Assembly: GCA_964469215.1 (NCBI GenBank)
Contig: CAYXYB010000013.1
Span: 17,305-81,304, forward strand
Reading direction: 5' to 3'
DNA length: 64,000 nt
From: an uncultured Lentimicrobiaceae bacterium
GTDB lineage: Bacteria > Bacteroidota > Bacteroidia > Bacteroidales > SKPS01
In this document: piece after piece, positions 46,069 through 56,835 of the stretch
Position numbering within the stretch: the stretch's first letter is position 1
Layout: every line of letters begins with the position of its first letter
Notes under the pieces: generated by a model
Database searches by the model: none
Told to the model about the DNA's origin: nothing
The model's input: only the letters and a program-made list of their open reading frames with translations
Program-made: the position numbers and the translations under genes

Positions 46069-47085
46069 TCAATCAACAACAATATTCCACCCGTACTTAT
46101 CTTCGACTTCACCGAGCTGGATACCGGTTAGGGTGTTGTACAGTTTTGTTGTCAGGGGGCCGGGTTTGCCGTCTTTGCAGTAGTGATACTCTTTGCCTGT
46201 GTCGCGGTCAACTATCTTTCCAATGGGAGTAATGACTGCAGCTGTACCACAAGCACCCACTTCTTCGAAGGTCTTCAGTTCCTCAACGGGAACCTTACGA
46301 CGTTCAACCTTCATCCCCATATCCTCCGCCAATGTAATTAGGCTTTTGTTAGTTATGGAGGCGAGAATTGAGGTAGATTCGGGGGTGATATAGGTGTTAT
46401 TTTTTATACCGAAGAAGTTGGCAGGCCCACATTCATCTATATACTTTTTCTCTTTGGCATCAAGGAACAGTACGGAACTGAAACCTTCTTCCTTACCCCT
46501 TTTCAATGCTTTTAGGCTGGCAGCATAGTTTCCGCCCACCTTGAAGGTACCGGTGCCAAGTGGTGCTGCCCTGTCGTAGTCGCGGGCTATCTGGATTGAT
46601 ACCGGGTTGAAACCTTCCTTAAAATAGGGCCCTACTGGGGTGCCAAACACCAGGAACAGGTATTCCTTTGCAGGCTGAATACCTACATTGGCGCTGGTGC
46701 CTATAAGCAGAGGCCTCAGATAGAAGGTGGCACCATAGCCATAAGGAGGCACAAATTCACGGTTGAGTTGCACAGCCTTTGTTATTGCTTCTTTGAACAG
46801 ATAGTCGGGCACTTCCTGCATCAGTACACCTCTTGCCGAGTGCTGAAGGCGCCTGGAGTTTTCATCCCAACGAAAAATCCTGATCTTTCCGTCTTTACCG
46901 GTGAAAGCCTTCATCCCCTCAAAGGCCTCCTGCCCGTAATGCAGGGCAATTGCAGACATGTGAATGTTAATATTTTCAGATTCTGTAACCTCAAGGTCAC
47001 TCCACTTACCATCACGGAACCAGGAGCGAACATTGACATGGGTTTTAAAATAACCGAAAGGCAGGTTTTTCCAATCTATATTCAT
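46069..47085 (-). CDS. ilvE: branched-chain amino acid aminotransferase
   Basis: 338 aa, fold-type IV. ...HYGQEAFEGMKAF....G.I.IFR...N..R...SA and the GTGTFKVGGNYAASL region. Confidence 0.92.
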   Translation of the reverse strand: MNIDWKNLPFGYFKTHVNVRSWFRDGKWSDLEVTESENINIHMSAIALHYGQEAFEGMKAFTGKDGKIRIFRWDENSRRLQHSARGVLMQEVPDYLFKEAITKAVQLNREFVPPYGYGATFYLRPLLIGTSANVGIQPAKEYLFLVFGTPVGPYFKEGFNPVSIQIARDYDRAAPLGTGTFKVGGNYAASLKALKRGKEEGFSSVLFLDAKEKKYIDECGPANFFGIKNNTYITPESTSILASITNKSLITLAEDMGMKVERRKVPVEELKTFEEVGACGTAAVITPIGKIVDRDTGKEYHYCKDGKPGPLTTKLYNTLTGIQLGEVEDKYGWNIVVD

Positions 47086-47157
47086 GACATTTGGGTGTTA
47101 AATTGATAAAATATTTTTAGCTTGCTAATGTAGAAAAAATACATCTTATAACAAACA

Positions 47158-48669
47158 TCAGTCGTTGATTTCGCACATTTTTGTCAAAAGTACCTCTATT
47201 TCTTTCATCAGGTCATTGTGTTTGCCGCTGTAGTTATTAACAATAAGTGAGTAGGCAAGCTTTCTGCCTGAAGCTGTTGTGGCATAGCCGCTGAACCCTT
47301 TTACATTTTCAAGGGTGCCGCTTTTTGCCCTCAGGTTTCCTTTTGCGGCGCCTCGCCTGAAACGATTTGCCACACTTCCCGATTCACCTGCAACTGGAAG
47401 TGATTCGTGGAAAACCCGGTAGTTTGGATCTTTGGTGTATGCTGCCAGAGCCATTGCAAGGGTTTTGGTTGTTATGATGTTCTTCCTTGCCAGTCCGCTT
47501 CCATCCTTCAGGTTCATTCCCGACACATCTACACCCTGTTTTTGCCAGAACTCAACTACCTTCATCAAACCCGCTTCAGTTGAGCCGTCACCAGCACTCT
47601 GTTTTCCAAGTGTTCTCACAATTGCTTCGGCATACATGTTTACACTACGGAAGTTAATCCAGTAAACTATTTCTGCCAGGGATGGAGATTGGTACACCAA
47701 TAGTTGTCTCCTTTTCAGAGTATCTGCCTCCCCCATCCATAACATCCTGAGTTGTGTTGTGGGTTGTTTCATTATCACCGTGCCGTTTGCCGAGAGGAAT
47801 TCGTGCATCGAGAAAGCCACATGGTACGGCGGGTCAGGGAGGGTGCCCGATACCTCAAAACTCTTGACTCCGGCCGGGACTGTACCCCTCAGCCAGCGCA
47901 GGTTGCTGAGCGGAGCCCCATATACATTAACCATGTCGCCTGAACCCCTCGGTCCGGTAGTAACGTCAGAGATAATCTCAAGATATGGCGCTTCAGGGCG
48001 CGTACTGGTGAGTTTTGCAGGCATACCTTCACGGCGCCCGGGTTCATAAATGAAGGTGACAATATTGTCATTCACAGATAAGCCTGCAACCCCGGCACCG
48101 TAGGAGTTACCAATGTCTTCGTATTGCCAGGAGGGGATGACCTGCATCTGGGGGAAAAAAGATTGATCTGCAATAATGCCTCCATGTACAGTCCTTATGC
48201 CTGATTCCTGCATGATGTTCAAAATCGTCTGAAGCAATGTGTCGTAACATGTTGCAGAACCAAAACGGGATGCACCGAGGGTTGGGTCTCCACCCCCTTC
48301 AACATAAATATTACCCCATAAATTACCTGCTGAATCAACAGTACCGCTTATACTTACTGCCGTTTTAAACCTGAAGTCGCTGCCCAGCAGTGATAGCGCA
48401 GCGGCTGAAGTAAAAGGTTTGAGTGTTGATGCAGGCATCAGGGCAAGGTTATCATTAATGGCTTTATACTTTTTTCCGGAGGTTATGTCGATTGCACAGA
48501 AGCCCCAGCTTGCATGCTTCACAGGAGCAGAGCCGGCGAAATTCACCAGGGCGCTGTCGAAGGCATTAGCTACAGGTGTGTCCGTTACCTGGGCCTGACC
48601 CGGATACCAAAAAACCGTAAGAAAAAATATCAATATAAAACTAACCCGGGTAAACTCTCTTATTATCAT
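47158..48669 (-). CDS. dacB: D-alanyl-D-alanine carboxypeptidase/endopeptidase (PBP4 family)
   Basis: Signal peptide, the SxxK motif in PASTLKPFTSAAAL, a DGSGL motif (LKDGSGLAR) and a KSGTL motif (AKSGTLENV). Confidence 0.9.
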   Translation of the reverse strand: MIIREFTRVSFILIFFLTVFWYPGQAQVTDTPVANAFDSALVNFAGSAPVKHASWGFCAIDITSGKKYKAINDNLALMPASTLKPFTSAAALSLLGSDFRFKTAVSISGTVDSAGNLWGNIYVEGGGDPTLGASRFGSATCYDTLLQTILNIMQESGIRTVHGGIIADQSFFPQMQVIPSWQYEDIGNSYGAGVAGLSVNDNIVTFIYEPGRREGMPAKLTSTRPEAPYLEIISDVTTGPRGSGDMVNVYGAPLSNLRWLRGTVPAGVKSFEVSGTLPDPPYHVAFSMHEFLSANGTVIMKQPTTQLRMLWMGEADTLKRRQLLVYQSPSLAEIVYWINFRSVNMYAEAIVRTLGKQSAGDGSTEAGLMKVVEFWQKQGVDVSGMNLKDGSGLARKNIITTKTLAMALAAYTKDPNYRVFHESLPVAGESGSVANRFRRGAAKGNLRAKSGTLENVKGFSGYATTASGRKLAYSLIVNNYSGKHNDLMKEIEVLLTKMCEIND

Positions 48670-48790
48670 ACCAATAAAAAGTTAAATGCGAATCACAATG
48701 TTAAACAGAGATAACGCCATGCTAAAATATCAATTTTACATTTGAGCAGATTTTTTTTTTAAATCTCTTGTATAGAGCATATAATAATTG

Positions 48791-48798
48791 TATGTTTG
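48791..48798 (+). promoter_or_regulatory. candidate -7 box TATGTTTG for mscL
   Basis: Exact TAnnTTTG match 27 nt upstream of the ATG at 48826. It overlaps the spurious TTG start of the ORF track. Confidence 0.4.
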
Positions 48799-48825
48799 GT
48801 ATCACAAATCAAAAACCAAAATACC

Positions 48826-49254
48826 ATGGGAATAGTAAAGGAATTCAAGGAGTTTGCCGTTAAAGGCAATATGATTGACATGGCCGTGGGTATCATCATT
48901 GGTGGTGCCTTCGGGAAAATTATCACATCATTGGTCAACGATGTTATTATGCCTCCATTGGGTGCATTGCTTGGTGGTGTTGATTTCACTGACATGAAAT
49001 TACCCATCAAAGCTGCAGAACTAGATGCCACCGGTGCGACAATTGCAGAAGCTGTCACACTGAATTATGGTAATTTCATTCAGACCGCGGTTGATTTTCT
49101 GATTGTTGCTTTCGCAATATTTATGGCAATAAAGGCGATGAACAGACTGAAAAAGAAGGAGGTTGAAGTTCCAGCCGCTCCGGCACCCGATCCGGAACCA
49201 CCGGCACAGGAAAAACTTCTTACCGAAATCAGGGATTTGCTGAAACTGAAGTAA
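48826..49254 (+). CDS. mscL: large-conductance mechanosensitive channel
   Basis: [46 protein letters not shown] is the canonical MscL N-terminus. Confidence 0.95.
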   Translation: MGIVKEFKEFAVKGNMIDMAVGIIIGGAFGKIITSLVNDVIMPPLGALLGGVDFTDMKLPIKAAELDATGATIAEAVTLNYGNFIQTAVDFLIVAFAIFMAIKAMNRLKKKEVEVPAAPAPDPEPPAQEKLLTEIRDLLKLK

Positions 49255-49293
49255 TGACGCTATAAGGGAGCTGTATTATCCCTGGATGTTAAA

Positions 49294-49301
49294 TATCTTT
49301 G
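49294..49301 (+). promoter_or_regulatory. candidate -7 box TATCTTTG, 4 nt upstream of the ATG at 49306
   Basis: Exact TAnnTTTG match, with the same 4-nt spacing as at padR and dnaB. Confidence 0.35.
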
Positions 49302-49305
49302 TTTT

Positions 49306-50655
49306 ATGAAACACCTTTGTGTAGCATTGTTGTTATTGATTTCCATTGCCTGTTTTTCTCAGACCGACACTTCAAAAGCTCCTGATAAAAAGGGGAAGAT
49401 AAAAACGGGATGGACTTTTGGTGCGTTACCTGCCGTGGCATATGATTCCGACCTTGGCTTCAAGTATGGTGCCCTGGTAAACTTCTACAACTTTGGTGAC
49501 GGATCAACATACCCAAACTATCTTCAGTCGATATACCTGGAGGTGAACCGCACTACCAAAGGGAGTGGCGCCAATCAGCTTTTCTTCGACTCTGAACATC
49601 TTTTTAAAAAGAGGAAGATCAGGGTTACCTCAGACCTGAGTTATCTCACAGAGCAAGCCCTCAATTTTTACGGTTTCAACGGTGCGGCTGTCAACTATAA
49701 TCCATTGTTTGAAGATATGGAATCAGATGATTATATTTCAAGGATGTATTACAGGCTTGACCGTCGCATGTTGAGGTTCACAACAGATTTTCAGGGATAT
49801 ATCTATAAGGACAGGCTCAGGTGGCTTCTGGGGGTGGCACATTTCACAAACAGGATAGACAATGTTGATATTGACAAGCTAAACAAAGGGAAAAGCGGTG
49901 ACAAGTTATTACCAGATACAGCACTTCTTTATAATAAATATTCTGATTGGGGTATAATACCCGGGAAAGAGGCTGACGGCGGTATAAACAACTATCTGAA
50001 AGCCGGATTTGTATATGATACCAGGGATATTGAAGCAAATCCGAACAGGGGGATGTGGACGGAGATATTGCTGCTTGCCGCACCGGAATTTCTTTACAAC
50101 AAAGAGAATTCGTTTGGCAAAATGGTTTTTATCCACCGGCAGTATTTCACGCTGTTCCCAGGAAGGCTGACCTTTGCCTACCGTCTTGGTTACCAGGGAA
50201 CTTTGTGGGGTGATGCCCCTTTTTATATGCAGAGTTACCTCTTCAGTTCATATTCACAGTCGATAATTACCGAAGGGCTTGGTGGAGCAAAATCACTCAG
50301 AGGCATTCTGCGCAACAGGGTTGTGGGTGATGGGGTTACCTATGGAAACTTTGAGTTCAGGTATAAATTTCTGCGAACTATGTTTCTGAAGCAGAATTTT
50401 TACTTAGCCTTAAATACCTTTCTGGATGCAGGTATGGTTGTCGACCCGGTTAAGATCGACGATTCAGGACTCCCGGCTTCAGAGGTCTACTCAGATTATT
50501 TCAAAAGTGATAAGGATAAACTGCATACCACATACGGTATTGGATTACATGCTGCACTGAATGAAAACTTCGTGCTTTCGGTAAATTTCGGGATTGCAGC
50601 AGACAAGCAGGATGGAAAGACAGGCCTCTATATAGGTACCAACTGGCTGTTCTAA
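49306..50655 (+). CDS. outer-membrane beta-barrel protein, Omp85/surface-antigen (D15)-like, no POTRA seen
   Basis: Signal peptide MKHLCVALLLLISIACFSQ. Alternating beta-strand pattern with a terminal aromatic residue (...GLYIGTNWLF). Confidence 0.6.
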   Translation: MKHLCVALLLLISIACFSQTDTSKAPDKKGKIKTGWTFGALPAVAYDSDLGFKYGALVNFYNFGDGSTYPNYLQSIYLEVNRTTKGSGANQLFFDSEHLFKKRKIRVTSDLSYLTEQALNFYGFNGAAVNYNPLFEDMESDDYISRMYYRLDRRMLRFTTDFQGYIYKDRLRWLLGVAHFTNRIDNVDIDKLNKGKSGDKLLPDTALLYNKYSDWGIIPGKEADGGINNYLKAGFVYDTRDIEANPNRGMWTEILLLAAPEFLYNKENSFGKMVFIHRQYFTLFPGRLTFAYRLGYQGTLWGDAPFYMQSYLFSSYSQSIITEGLGGAKSLRGILRNRVVGDGVTYGNFEFRYKFLRTMFLKQNFYLALNTFLDAGMVVDPVKIDDSGLPASEVYSDYFKSDKDKLHTTYGIGLHAALNENFVLSVNFGIAADKQDGKTGLYIGTNWLF

Positions 50656-50662
50656 AAACCTG

Positions 50663-51538
50663 TCAGACAACGTTGTGTTTTTTCAGCAGCGATTCCATCT
50701 GCTGCTGCATTGATTTTGCTTCTTCTTTGGCTTTAATTGCGAAGTCCGGTCCCTTTGATGCGAATATTATTGTTCTAGAAGCATTGACAAGCAATCCGCA
50801 ATCGTTGTTCATTCCATACTCAGCCACTGCCTCAAGGTTGCCTCCCTGAGCTCCGACACCCGGCACCAGCAGGAAATGCGAAGGTGCAATTTTCCTTATT
50901 CCAGTAAGCATCTCCGCCTTTGTAGCTCCAACCACAAACATCATCGAGTTTTCATCGGCCCACTCAAATGACTTGATAATCACCTGTTCGTAAAGTTTTC
51001 TGCTTCCATATTGATGAACCCTTATACCCAGCCTGTCGAGAGTTGAGGGGAACCATGGCTGTATCAGCTGAAAGTCTTCTGCTCCTTCATTGGATGTAAG
51101 TATCAGGAGTACTACCCATTTCCCCTTATATGACAGAAAAGGGGTTACAGAATCCTTGCCCATATAGGGAGCAACTGTAATTGCATCGAAAGGCAGGGTC
51201 TCGAAAAAAGCCTTGGCATACTGTGCTGAGGTATTACCTATATCACCTCTTTTTGCATCGGCAATTTTAAAAACCTGATCCCCGAACTGCTCCAGATAAT
51301 GTATGGTTTTCTCGAGGCTTGTCCACCCGTCCACGCCACGGCTCTCATAAAACGCAAGGTTTGGCTTGTAGGCAACAGCAAAATCTATTGTTGCATCAAT
51401 GATCTGTTTATTGAATGAGAAAACAGGATCATCCTCCTTCATCAGGTTTTCCGGAATTTTTGTAATATCACTGTCTAATCCAACGCAGAGGAAGCTTCTC
51501 TTTTTTCTGATAAGATCTGCAAGTTGCTTTCTATCCAT
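50663..51538 (-). CDS. pyrF: orotidine 5'-phosphate decarboxylase (long, type-2 form)
   Basis: [29 protein letters not shown] and the [10 protein letters not shown] motifs. Confidence 0.9.
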   Translation of the reverse strand: MDRKQLADLIRKKRSFLCVGLDSDITKIPENLMKEDDPVFSFNKQIIDATIDFAVAYKPNLAFYESRGVDGWTSLEKTIHYLEQFGDQVFKIADAKRGDIGNTSAQYAKAFFETLPFDAITVAPYMGKDSVTPFLSYKGKWVVLLILTSNEGAEDFQLIQPWFPSTLDRLGIRVHQYGSRKLYEQVIIKSFEWADENSMMFVVGATKAEMLTGIRKIAPSHFLLVPGVGAQGGNLEAVAEYGMNNDCGLLVNASRTIIFASKGPDFAIKAKEEAKSMQQQMESLLKKHNVV

Positions 51539-51583
51539 AAACCTTGGTTTTATATAGGGGTTATTTTCGAAGGGAATACATGA

Positions 51584-52660
51584 CTATTCGGTTTCGATAG
51601 CCTCCTTGAGCCTTTCGGCATTTTCTGCTACCTGCAATCTTTCTATCAGCTCCATAATATCACCATTCATTACCGAGGGGAGGTTGTAAGTGGTAAATCC
51701 GATACGATGGTCGGTCACTCTACCCTGCGGATAATTGTAGGTTCGTATTTTTGCACTTCTGTCGCCGGTTGAAACCATTGTTTTTCGCTTTGATGCAATC
51801 TGATCGAGATATTTCTGGTATTCCAGCTCAAAGATTCTTGATCGCAACACCTTCATGGCTTTGTCGAAGTTTTTTATCTGCGATTTTTCATCCTGGCACG
51901 AAACCACAATTCCTGTTGGTATATGAGTAAGCCTTATTGCGCTATAGGTTGTATTAACAGATTGCCCTCCGGGCCCGCTGGAGCAGAAAGTATCCTTACG
52001 GATATCAGTCATGCTGATTTCAACGTCGAATTCATCTGCTTCGGGGAGAACTGCCACTGAAGCTGCTGAGGTGTGGATACGCCCCTGAGCTTCGGTTTTT
52101 GGAACACGCTGCACCCTGTGCACACCACTTTCATACTTAAGTATGCCGTAGGCATTATCTCCGGTAACATCAAACACAATCTCCTTAAAGCCTCCTGCAG
52201 TACCTTCAGTCATGCTGACCAGCTCTTGTTTCCACCCCTGATTCTCGACAAACTTTGCAAGCATCCTGTAAAGATCCCCTGCAAATATACTTGCCTCGTC
52301 GCCTCCTGTTCCTGCCCTTATCTCTACAATGGCATTCTTGCTGTCCTGAGGATCACTGGGCAGAAGAAGTATCCTGATCTCCTCTTCCATCTTCTCTTTC
52401 TCCTCCAGAAGCATTGCTATTTCATCCTTTGCCATAGCCCTGAACTCCTCGTCCTTTTCCTTTGCCAGCAACTCCTTTGAAGAGTTAAGGTTATCAATGA
52501 TATTCTTATATGACTTATAGGCGTTCACAACAGGTTGAAGCTCTTTGTAGTCTTTGTTGAGCCTTACATACCGTTTTATGTCGCTTATAACAGCGGGATT
52601 GTTTATCTGCTCTTCTATCTCCTTGTATTTAATATACAAGCTTTCCAACTTATCCAGCAT
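51584..52660 (-). CDS. prfA: peptide chain release factor 1
   Basis: 358 aa. GGQ motif SGPGGQSVNTT, a PxT-type tripeptide (PKT), and GTGGDEA. Confidence 0.93.
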   Translation of the reverse strand: MLDKLESLYIKYKEIEEQINNPAVISDIKRYVRLNKDYKELQPVVNAYKSYKNIIDNLNSSKELLAKEKDEEFRAMAKDEIAMLLEEKEKMEEEIRILLLPSDPQDSKNAIVEIRAGTGGDEASIFAGDLYRMLAKFVENQGWKQELVSMTEGTAGGFKEIVFDVTGDNAYGILKYESGVHRVQRVPKTEAQGRIHTSAASVAVLPEADEFDVEISMTDIRKDTFCSSGPGGQSVNTTYSAIRLTHIPTGIVVSCQDEKSQIKNFDKAMKVLRSRIFELEYQKYLDQIASKRKTMVSTGDRSAKIRTYNYPQGRVTDHRIGFTTYNLPSVMNGDIMELIERLQVAENAERLKEAIETE

Positions 52661-52687
52661 ACACTATTACTCCGATTTTTTGATTTG

Positions 52688-52695
52688 CAAAGGTA
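52688..52695 (-). promoter_or_regulatory. candidate -7 box (TACCTTTG on minus strand) for prfA
   Basis: The plus strand reads CAAAGGTA, 27 nt upstream of the ATG at 52660. Confidence 0.35.
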
Positions 52696-52717
52696 GTAAA
52701 ATCATCCGGTCTGTTAT

Positions 52718-53896
52718 CTACAAACCAAATCTGAAGGTTCCATAGGGTGAGGTAATTGTAAGGGAAGCTTCAGATGCAGGGTCACATCGCCCGATGATCC
52801 TGGCAGGTATTCCGAACGATTCGGAGATTGCAATTATCTCTGCGGCAACATTTTTGTCTGAGACATAGAGTTCCATTCTGTGCCCCATATTAAAAACCTG
52901 ATACATCTCTTTCCAGTCGGATCCCGATTCTTTTTGAATCATCCTGAAGAGAAGCGGGACAGTGAAGAGTTCATCCTTTACAATATGAAGATTATCTATG
53001 AAATGGAGTATTTTGGTCTGCCCTCCCCCACTGCAATGTACCATACCATTAATATAAGGCCTCATTTCAGACAATATCCTGTGTATTACCGGAGCATAGG
53101 TTCTTGTTGGTGAAAGCACGAGTTTACCAACATCAATGTCAGGTATTTCTGTCGGGTCGGTAAGCATCAACGACCCGCTGTATGTTACTTCAGTTGGCAG
53201 TGTATTGTCGAAACTTTCGGGATACTTTTCACGGTAAAGGAAGTTGAAAAGATCGTGCCTTGCCGAGGTAAGGCCATTGGAACCCATTCCCCCGTTATAA
53301 TAGGTTTCGTAGCTTGCCTGTCCGTCGCTTGCAAGGCCGACAATCAGGTTGCCTCCGGTAATATTTCCATTATCGATTATATCTCTTCGCTTTGACCTGG
53401 CAACAACAGTGCTGTCAACAATGACTGTACGTACCAGATCACCTACATCGGCTGTTTCACCACCTGATGAATGGATCTCCACACCAAGGCTTCGCATTTT
53501 AGCAAGGAATTCTTCCGTTCCATTAATAATTGCAGAGATCACCTCTCCCGGAATTACCCTTTTATTACGTCCGATTGTGGAGGAGAGGAGGATATTTCCG
53601 GTGATTCCGGCACAGAGAAGATCGTCGAGATTCATTACTATTGCGTCCTGCGCAATGCCTTTCCAGACTGAAATATCGCCGGTTTCTCTCCAATAGATGT
53701 ATGCGAGCGATGATTTAGTTCCTGCTCCATCAGCATGCATTACTGAGCAGGAATCGGGGTCCTCTGTTAGGAAATCGGGCACAACCTTGCAAAAAGCTTT
53801 TGGAAACAACCCCTTGTCAAGGCTGCGTATTGCCTCATGAACATCTTCTTTGGATGATGAGACTCCCCGTTGCAGATATTTGGAGGTTAGGTTCAT
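52718..53896 (-). CDS. AIR synthase-related (PurM-like) protein
   Basis: GVSSSKEDVHEAI...FPKAFCKVVPD...MHADGAGTKSSLAYIYW is typical of the Bacteroidota PurM-like family. Start set at the ATG at 53896; the longer ORF-track start lies inside the upstream terminator hairpin. Confidence 0.8.
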   Translation of the reverse strand: MNLTSKYLQRGVSSSKEDVHEAIRSLDKGLFPKAFCKVVPDFLTEDPDSCSVMHADGAGTKSSLAYIYWRETGDISVWKGIAQDAIVMNLDDLLCAGITGNILLSSTIGRNKRVIPGEVISAIINGTEEFLAKMRSLGVEIHSSGGETADVGDLVRTVIVDSTVVARSKRRDIIDNGNITGGNLIVGLASDGQASYETYYNGGMGSNGLTSARHDLFNFLYREKYPESFDNTLPTEVTYSGSLMLTDPTEIPDIDVGKLVLSPTRTYAPVIHRILSEMRPYINGMVHCSGGGQTKILHFIDNLHIVKDELFTVPLLFRMIQKESGSDWKEMYQVFNMGHRMELYVSDKNVAAEIIAISESFGIPARIIGRCDPASEASLTITSPYGTFRFGL

Positions 53897-53908
53897 TGTA
53901 TTGAAAAA

Positions 53909-53945
53909 AAAAGCATCCCGCATCTTGGTATGACGGGATGCTTTT
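53909..53945 (-). terminator. intrinsic terminator of the OmpA-family gene
   Basis: The minus strand reads AAAAGCATCCCG-(13 nt loop)-CGGGATGCTTTT followed by more T residues. It is a 12-bp stem, 18 nt after the stop at 53963. Confidence 0.85.
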
Positions 53946-53962
53946 AAGGTTTCATTATACTG

Positions 53963-56461
53963 TTATTGTCCTAAATCAATTACTATCCTGCTGTTGTTAC
54001 GATCGACACTGACCGGCCCAATTTTCTGCAGCAGCTCCTTACCAAACATGAAATTCTGCTTCTGATCGTGTGAAACTCTTACAGAAACATCCCGGAGTTG
54101 CATGTTACGACCGAAGACCACTGTTGAAAGCATGAACTCGGCTCCATCCTTTATGGTGCCATCTTCCAGAATTGCTGAATCCTTTTCGGTGAAATTCGTA
54201 ACGGTGATCCACCTCTGACGGAGGAATTCCATTGCCTGATCGAGCGACATAGAAACGTTCTTCATGGGTTCATTGTAAATAAATCCAAGAGTCTGACCAT
54301 TAACTACTACGTTACTTCCAGCAATTTCACCGGTTTCATTTACATAGAAAGGAATAACGTTTTCATCAGGATTTATAGCTATCTGGATTCTTTGCATTGC
54401 AAGGCTGTCGATAGGGACATTAGTATCTTTCGGCACGTAGTCGTTTCTGACGATGCGGAATTCTGTACGCCTGTTGAGCTGGTGTGCTGCCTCCTTTTCG
54501 TTAGTGGTTCTGAGTTTATTGATAAACTCCTCGGTTAGATGACTTCCTGCCTTGATGGTTGCCTTCCATTCAGGCACAAAGTAATCGCGATCCAGCTTTC
54601 TTGGTTCTCGCTCACCGCGTCCCACAGCAATGATTCTTTCGGGATCTATACCCTGGGTAATAATATATTCAACACAGGACCTTGAACGCCTGAAAGAGAG
54701 TGAGTCGTTATATTCATTGCTGGCCCGGAAGTCTGTATGTGAAATAAGTTCAACTACGATTGTTGGATTATCCTTAAGGGTTTTTACAAGGCCGGCGAGT
54801 GAATCGCGATATTGAGGCAGCAATTCATGCCTGGCTAGTTCGTAACGGATCTCAGGCAAAAGAACAGGTCCAACCGGAATTGGCTCCAGGTTTTTGTTAT
54901 GAACAAGATCTTTGCTTACCATAAGGCCAACAGTGGATTCCTTACCCTGGGCTCCGAAATATTTATCCTTCGAGAATATTATAGTATAGGTAACATTAGG
55001 AAGTATCTGCTGGTTGTTGAAGCGGTAAATACCGGCTCTGTCAGTAAGGGTTTCAATCGCAGTCTTATCGGTACCTTTCAGTTCAACCTTAACGTTTTGA
55101 AGCCTCTGCAGAGTTTGAGCATCACGCACCGTACCACTTAGTGTGAATAGGATTGGCGGCAGATGTATTGAATAAATATCGTCTCCGCCACGTGCACCCT
55201 TGACAATACGGTTTGATGTCATAAAACCATCCTCCTGCTCTCCGAAACGTTTTTCAAGACCTTGTATTATAATACCAAAATCATCTCCTTCTGAGTTGAT
55301 CGGAACCTCCATGTTAATTGGAGCCGTCCATTCACCATTTACCAACAGTGACTTGAAGATATCAAGGCCACCCATTCCCGGGTGTCCGTCGGAGGAGAAA
55401 TACAGCACCCCATCCTGACGTAACCATGGAAACATTTCATTGCCGGATGTATTTATAACCGGCCCCAGGTTTTCAGGTGTTCCGAAAGGTCTGTTTTTGC
55501 TTGTCCTCCTTGCCATCCATATATCTCCACCTCCATAACCACCGGGCATATCGGAAACAAAATATATGATCTTTTCATCTTCACTCACTGTAGGATGCAT
55601 CACTCTGATACTATCGGCGGCAATTGCCAATGGTTCAGGCTCACTCCACTTCCTGCCCATCTTTTTTGATGTGTAGATATCGCAACCAAGGCGCTCTTTA
55701 CTTGCAATTCTGCAGCGGGTAAAATAGAGCACATTAGCTTTATCATTGAAAGAGGTAACGCCCTCGTTAACAGGTGTGTTTATGATATTGTCATCATCAA
55801 ACGACTGAGGTTTGCTCCAACTACCCTTTCTGTCTAAAGTAGTATAAAAAAGATCTGTAAATTTTCCACCGGTCCACTGATCTGCATTTTTACCTCTGGC
55901 CTCTTCCCTGTCAGAGGTAAATACCAGCACGTTATACTTTTTATTATCCGCATAAGTGGGTGAGAAATCGTTGTACCGGGAGTTTATCCGTTTCAAGTTC
56001 TCAACCTGCCATCGTGTTGGATTCTCTATCCAGGCTTTTGCAGAATCACAATAGTCGCGTGCTATCTTTGCCCTAACGTCACCTGGTTCACGTTCAAGGT
56101 AGATGTTGTATGCTGCCTTGGCATCATCATACTTCCCCCTCGATTTAAGAGTTTCAGCATATCTAAGGTAAACTATCGGCAAAGGATAATCCGCCCTTAT
56201 TGCCCTCTCATAACCAAGCTCAGCACGTGTAAAATCACTGGTCTTCCTGTAACACTCAGCAATCTGAAAGAGTATGCGCCTCCGCTCCGGCTTGTTTGTA
56301 ACCCTTGAAAATGCTTTTTTGTAAAGGGGAATAGCGTCGTTAAATTTATGCAGTCTGAATGCCTCATCAGCATCTGCTGTAGCGCTCTGTCCAACGGCAA
56401 TCGAACTCATAACCGTAAAAGCTAGCAGCATAACTACAGAAAATAGTCTGGTTAATGACAT
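53963..56461 (-). CDS. OmpA-family periplasmic/outer-membrane protein (TPR + TolB-like beta-propeller + OmpA domain + extra C-terminal domain)
   Basis: Signal peptide, TPR-like N-terminus, PD40/WD40-like repeats (YFTS.R...G..DI(Y/W)) and a carboxypeptidase-regulatory-like segment. The OmpA domain (ELISHTDFRASNEYNDSLSFRRSRSCVEYI...GRGEREP) is followed by about 190 aa of unassigned sequence. Confidence 0.85.
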   Translation of the reverse strand: MSLTRLFSVVMLLAFTVMSSIAVGQSATADADEAFRLHKFNDAIPLYKKAFSRVTNKPERRRILFQIAECYRKTSDFTRAELGYERAIRADYPLPIVYLRYAETLKSRGKYDDAKAAYNIYLEREPGDVRAKIARDYCDSAKAWIENPTRWQVENLKRINSRYNDFSPTYADNKKYNVLVFTSDREEARGKNADQWTGGKFTDLFYTTLDRKGSWSKPQSFDDDNIINTPVNEGVTSFNDKANVLYFTRCRIASKERLGCDIYTSKKMGRKWSEPEPLAIAADSIRVMHPTVSEDEKIIYFVSDMPGGYGGGDIWMARRTSKNRPFGTPENLGPVINTSGNEMFPWLRQDGVLYFSSDGHPGMGGLDIFKSLLVNGEWTAPINMEVPINSEGDDFGIIIQGLEKRFGEQEDGFMTSNRIVKGARGGDDIYSIHLPPILFTLSGTVRDAQTLQRLQNVKVELKGTDKTAIETLTDRAGIYRFNNQQILPNVTYTIIFSKDKYFGAQGKESTVGLMVSKDLVHNKNLEPIPVGPVLLPEIRYELARHELLPQYRDSLAGLVKTLKDNPTIVVELISHTDFRASNEYNDSLSFRRSRSCVEYIITQGIDPERIIAVGRGEREPRKLDRDYFVPEWKATIKAGSHLTEEFINKLRTTNEKEAAHQLNRRTEFRIVRNDYVPKDTNVPIDSLAMQRIQIAINPDENVIPFYVNETGEIAGSNVVVNGQTLGFIYNEPMKNVSMSLDQAMEFLRQRWITVTNFTEKDSAILEDGTIKDGAEFMLSTVVFGRNMQLRDVSVRVSHDQKQNFMFGKELLQKIGPVSVDRNNSRIVIDLGQ

Positions 56462-56835
56462 ATTAATTTGAATTATTGATGCATTTGTATTTGGTTTGCT
56501 AAAATAGTAATTATTATTATTAACGCACAGTTTTTATGATTTGACTTTTTTTATTTTGTTACATAGAATTTTACTTATACAAACATGGCTGAAAAAGCTC
56601 CGTTAGTTTACGCTGTATATTGACAGGTGACTTCACCTTAATAAGTATTTGAAACTATCAAATCATACCTGATTTCTATTAAGAACCAAACATGTCAAAC
56701 ATTTTTCTTTCCGGAGGATAACTTAAAAACGTTACAGTTACAGCTCAAAATTATATAGAAATCCATCATCCTCAAACCAGCAAATTATATTGATTATCAC
56801 TAAAATAAATTGCTGATTAGAAAAGGACACCGAAT

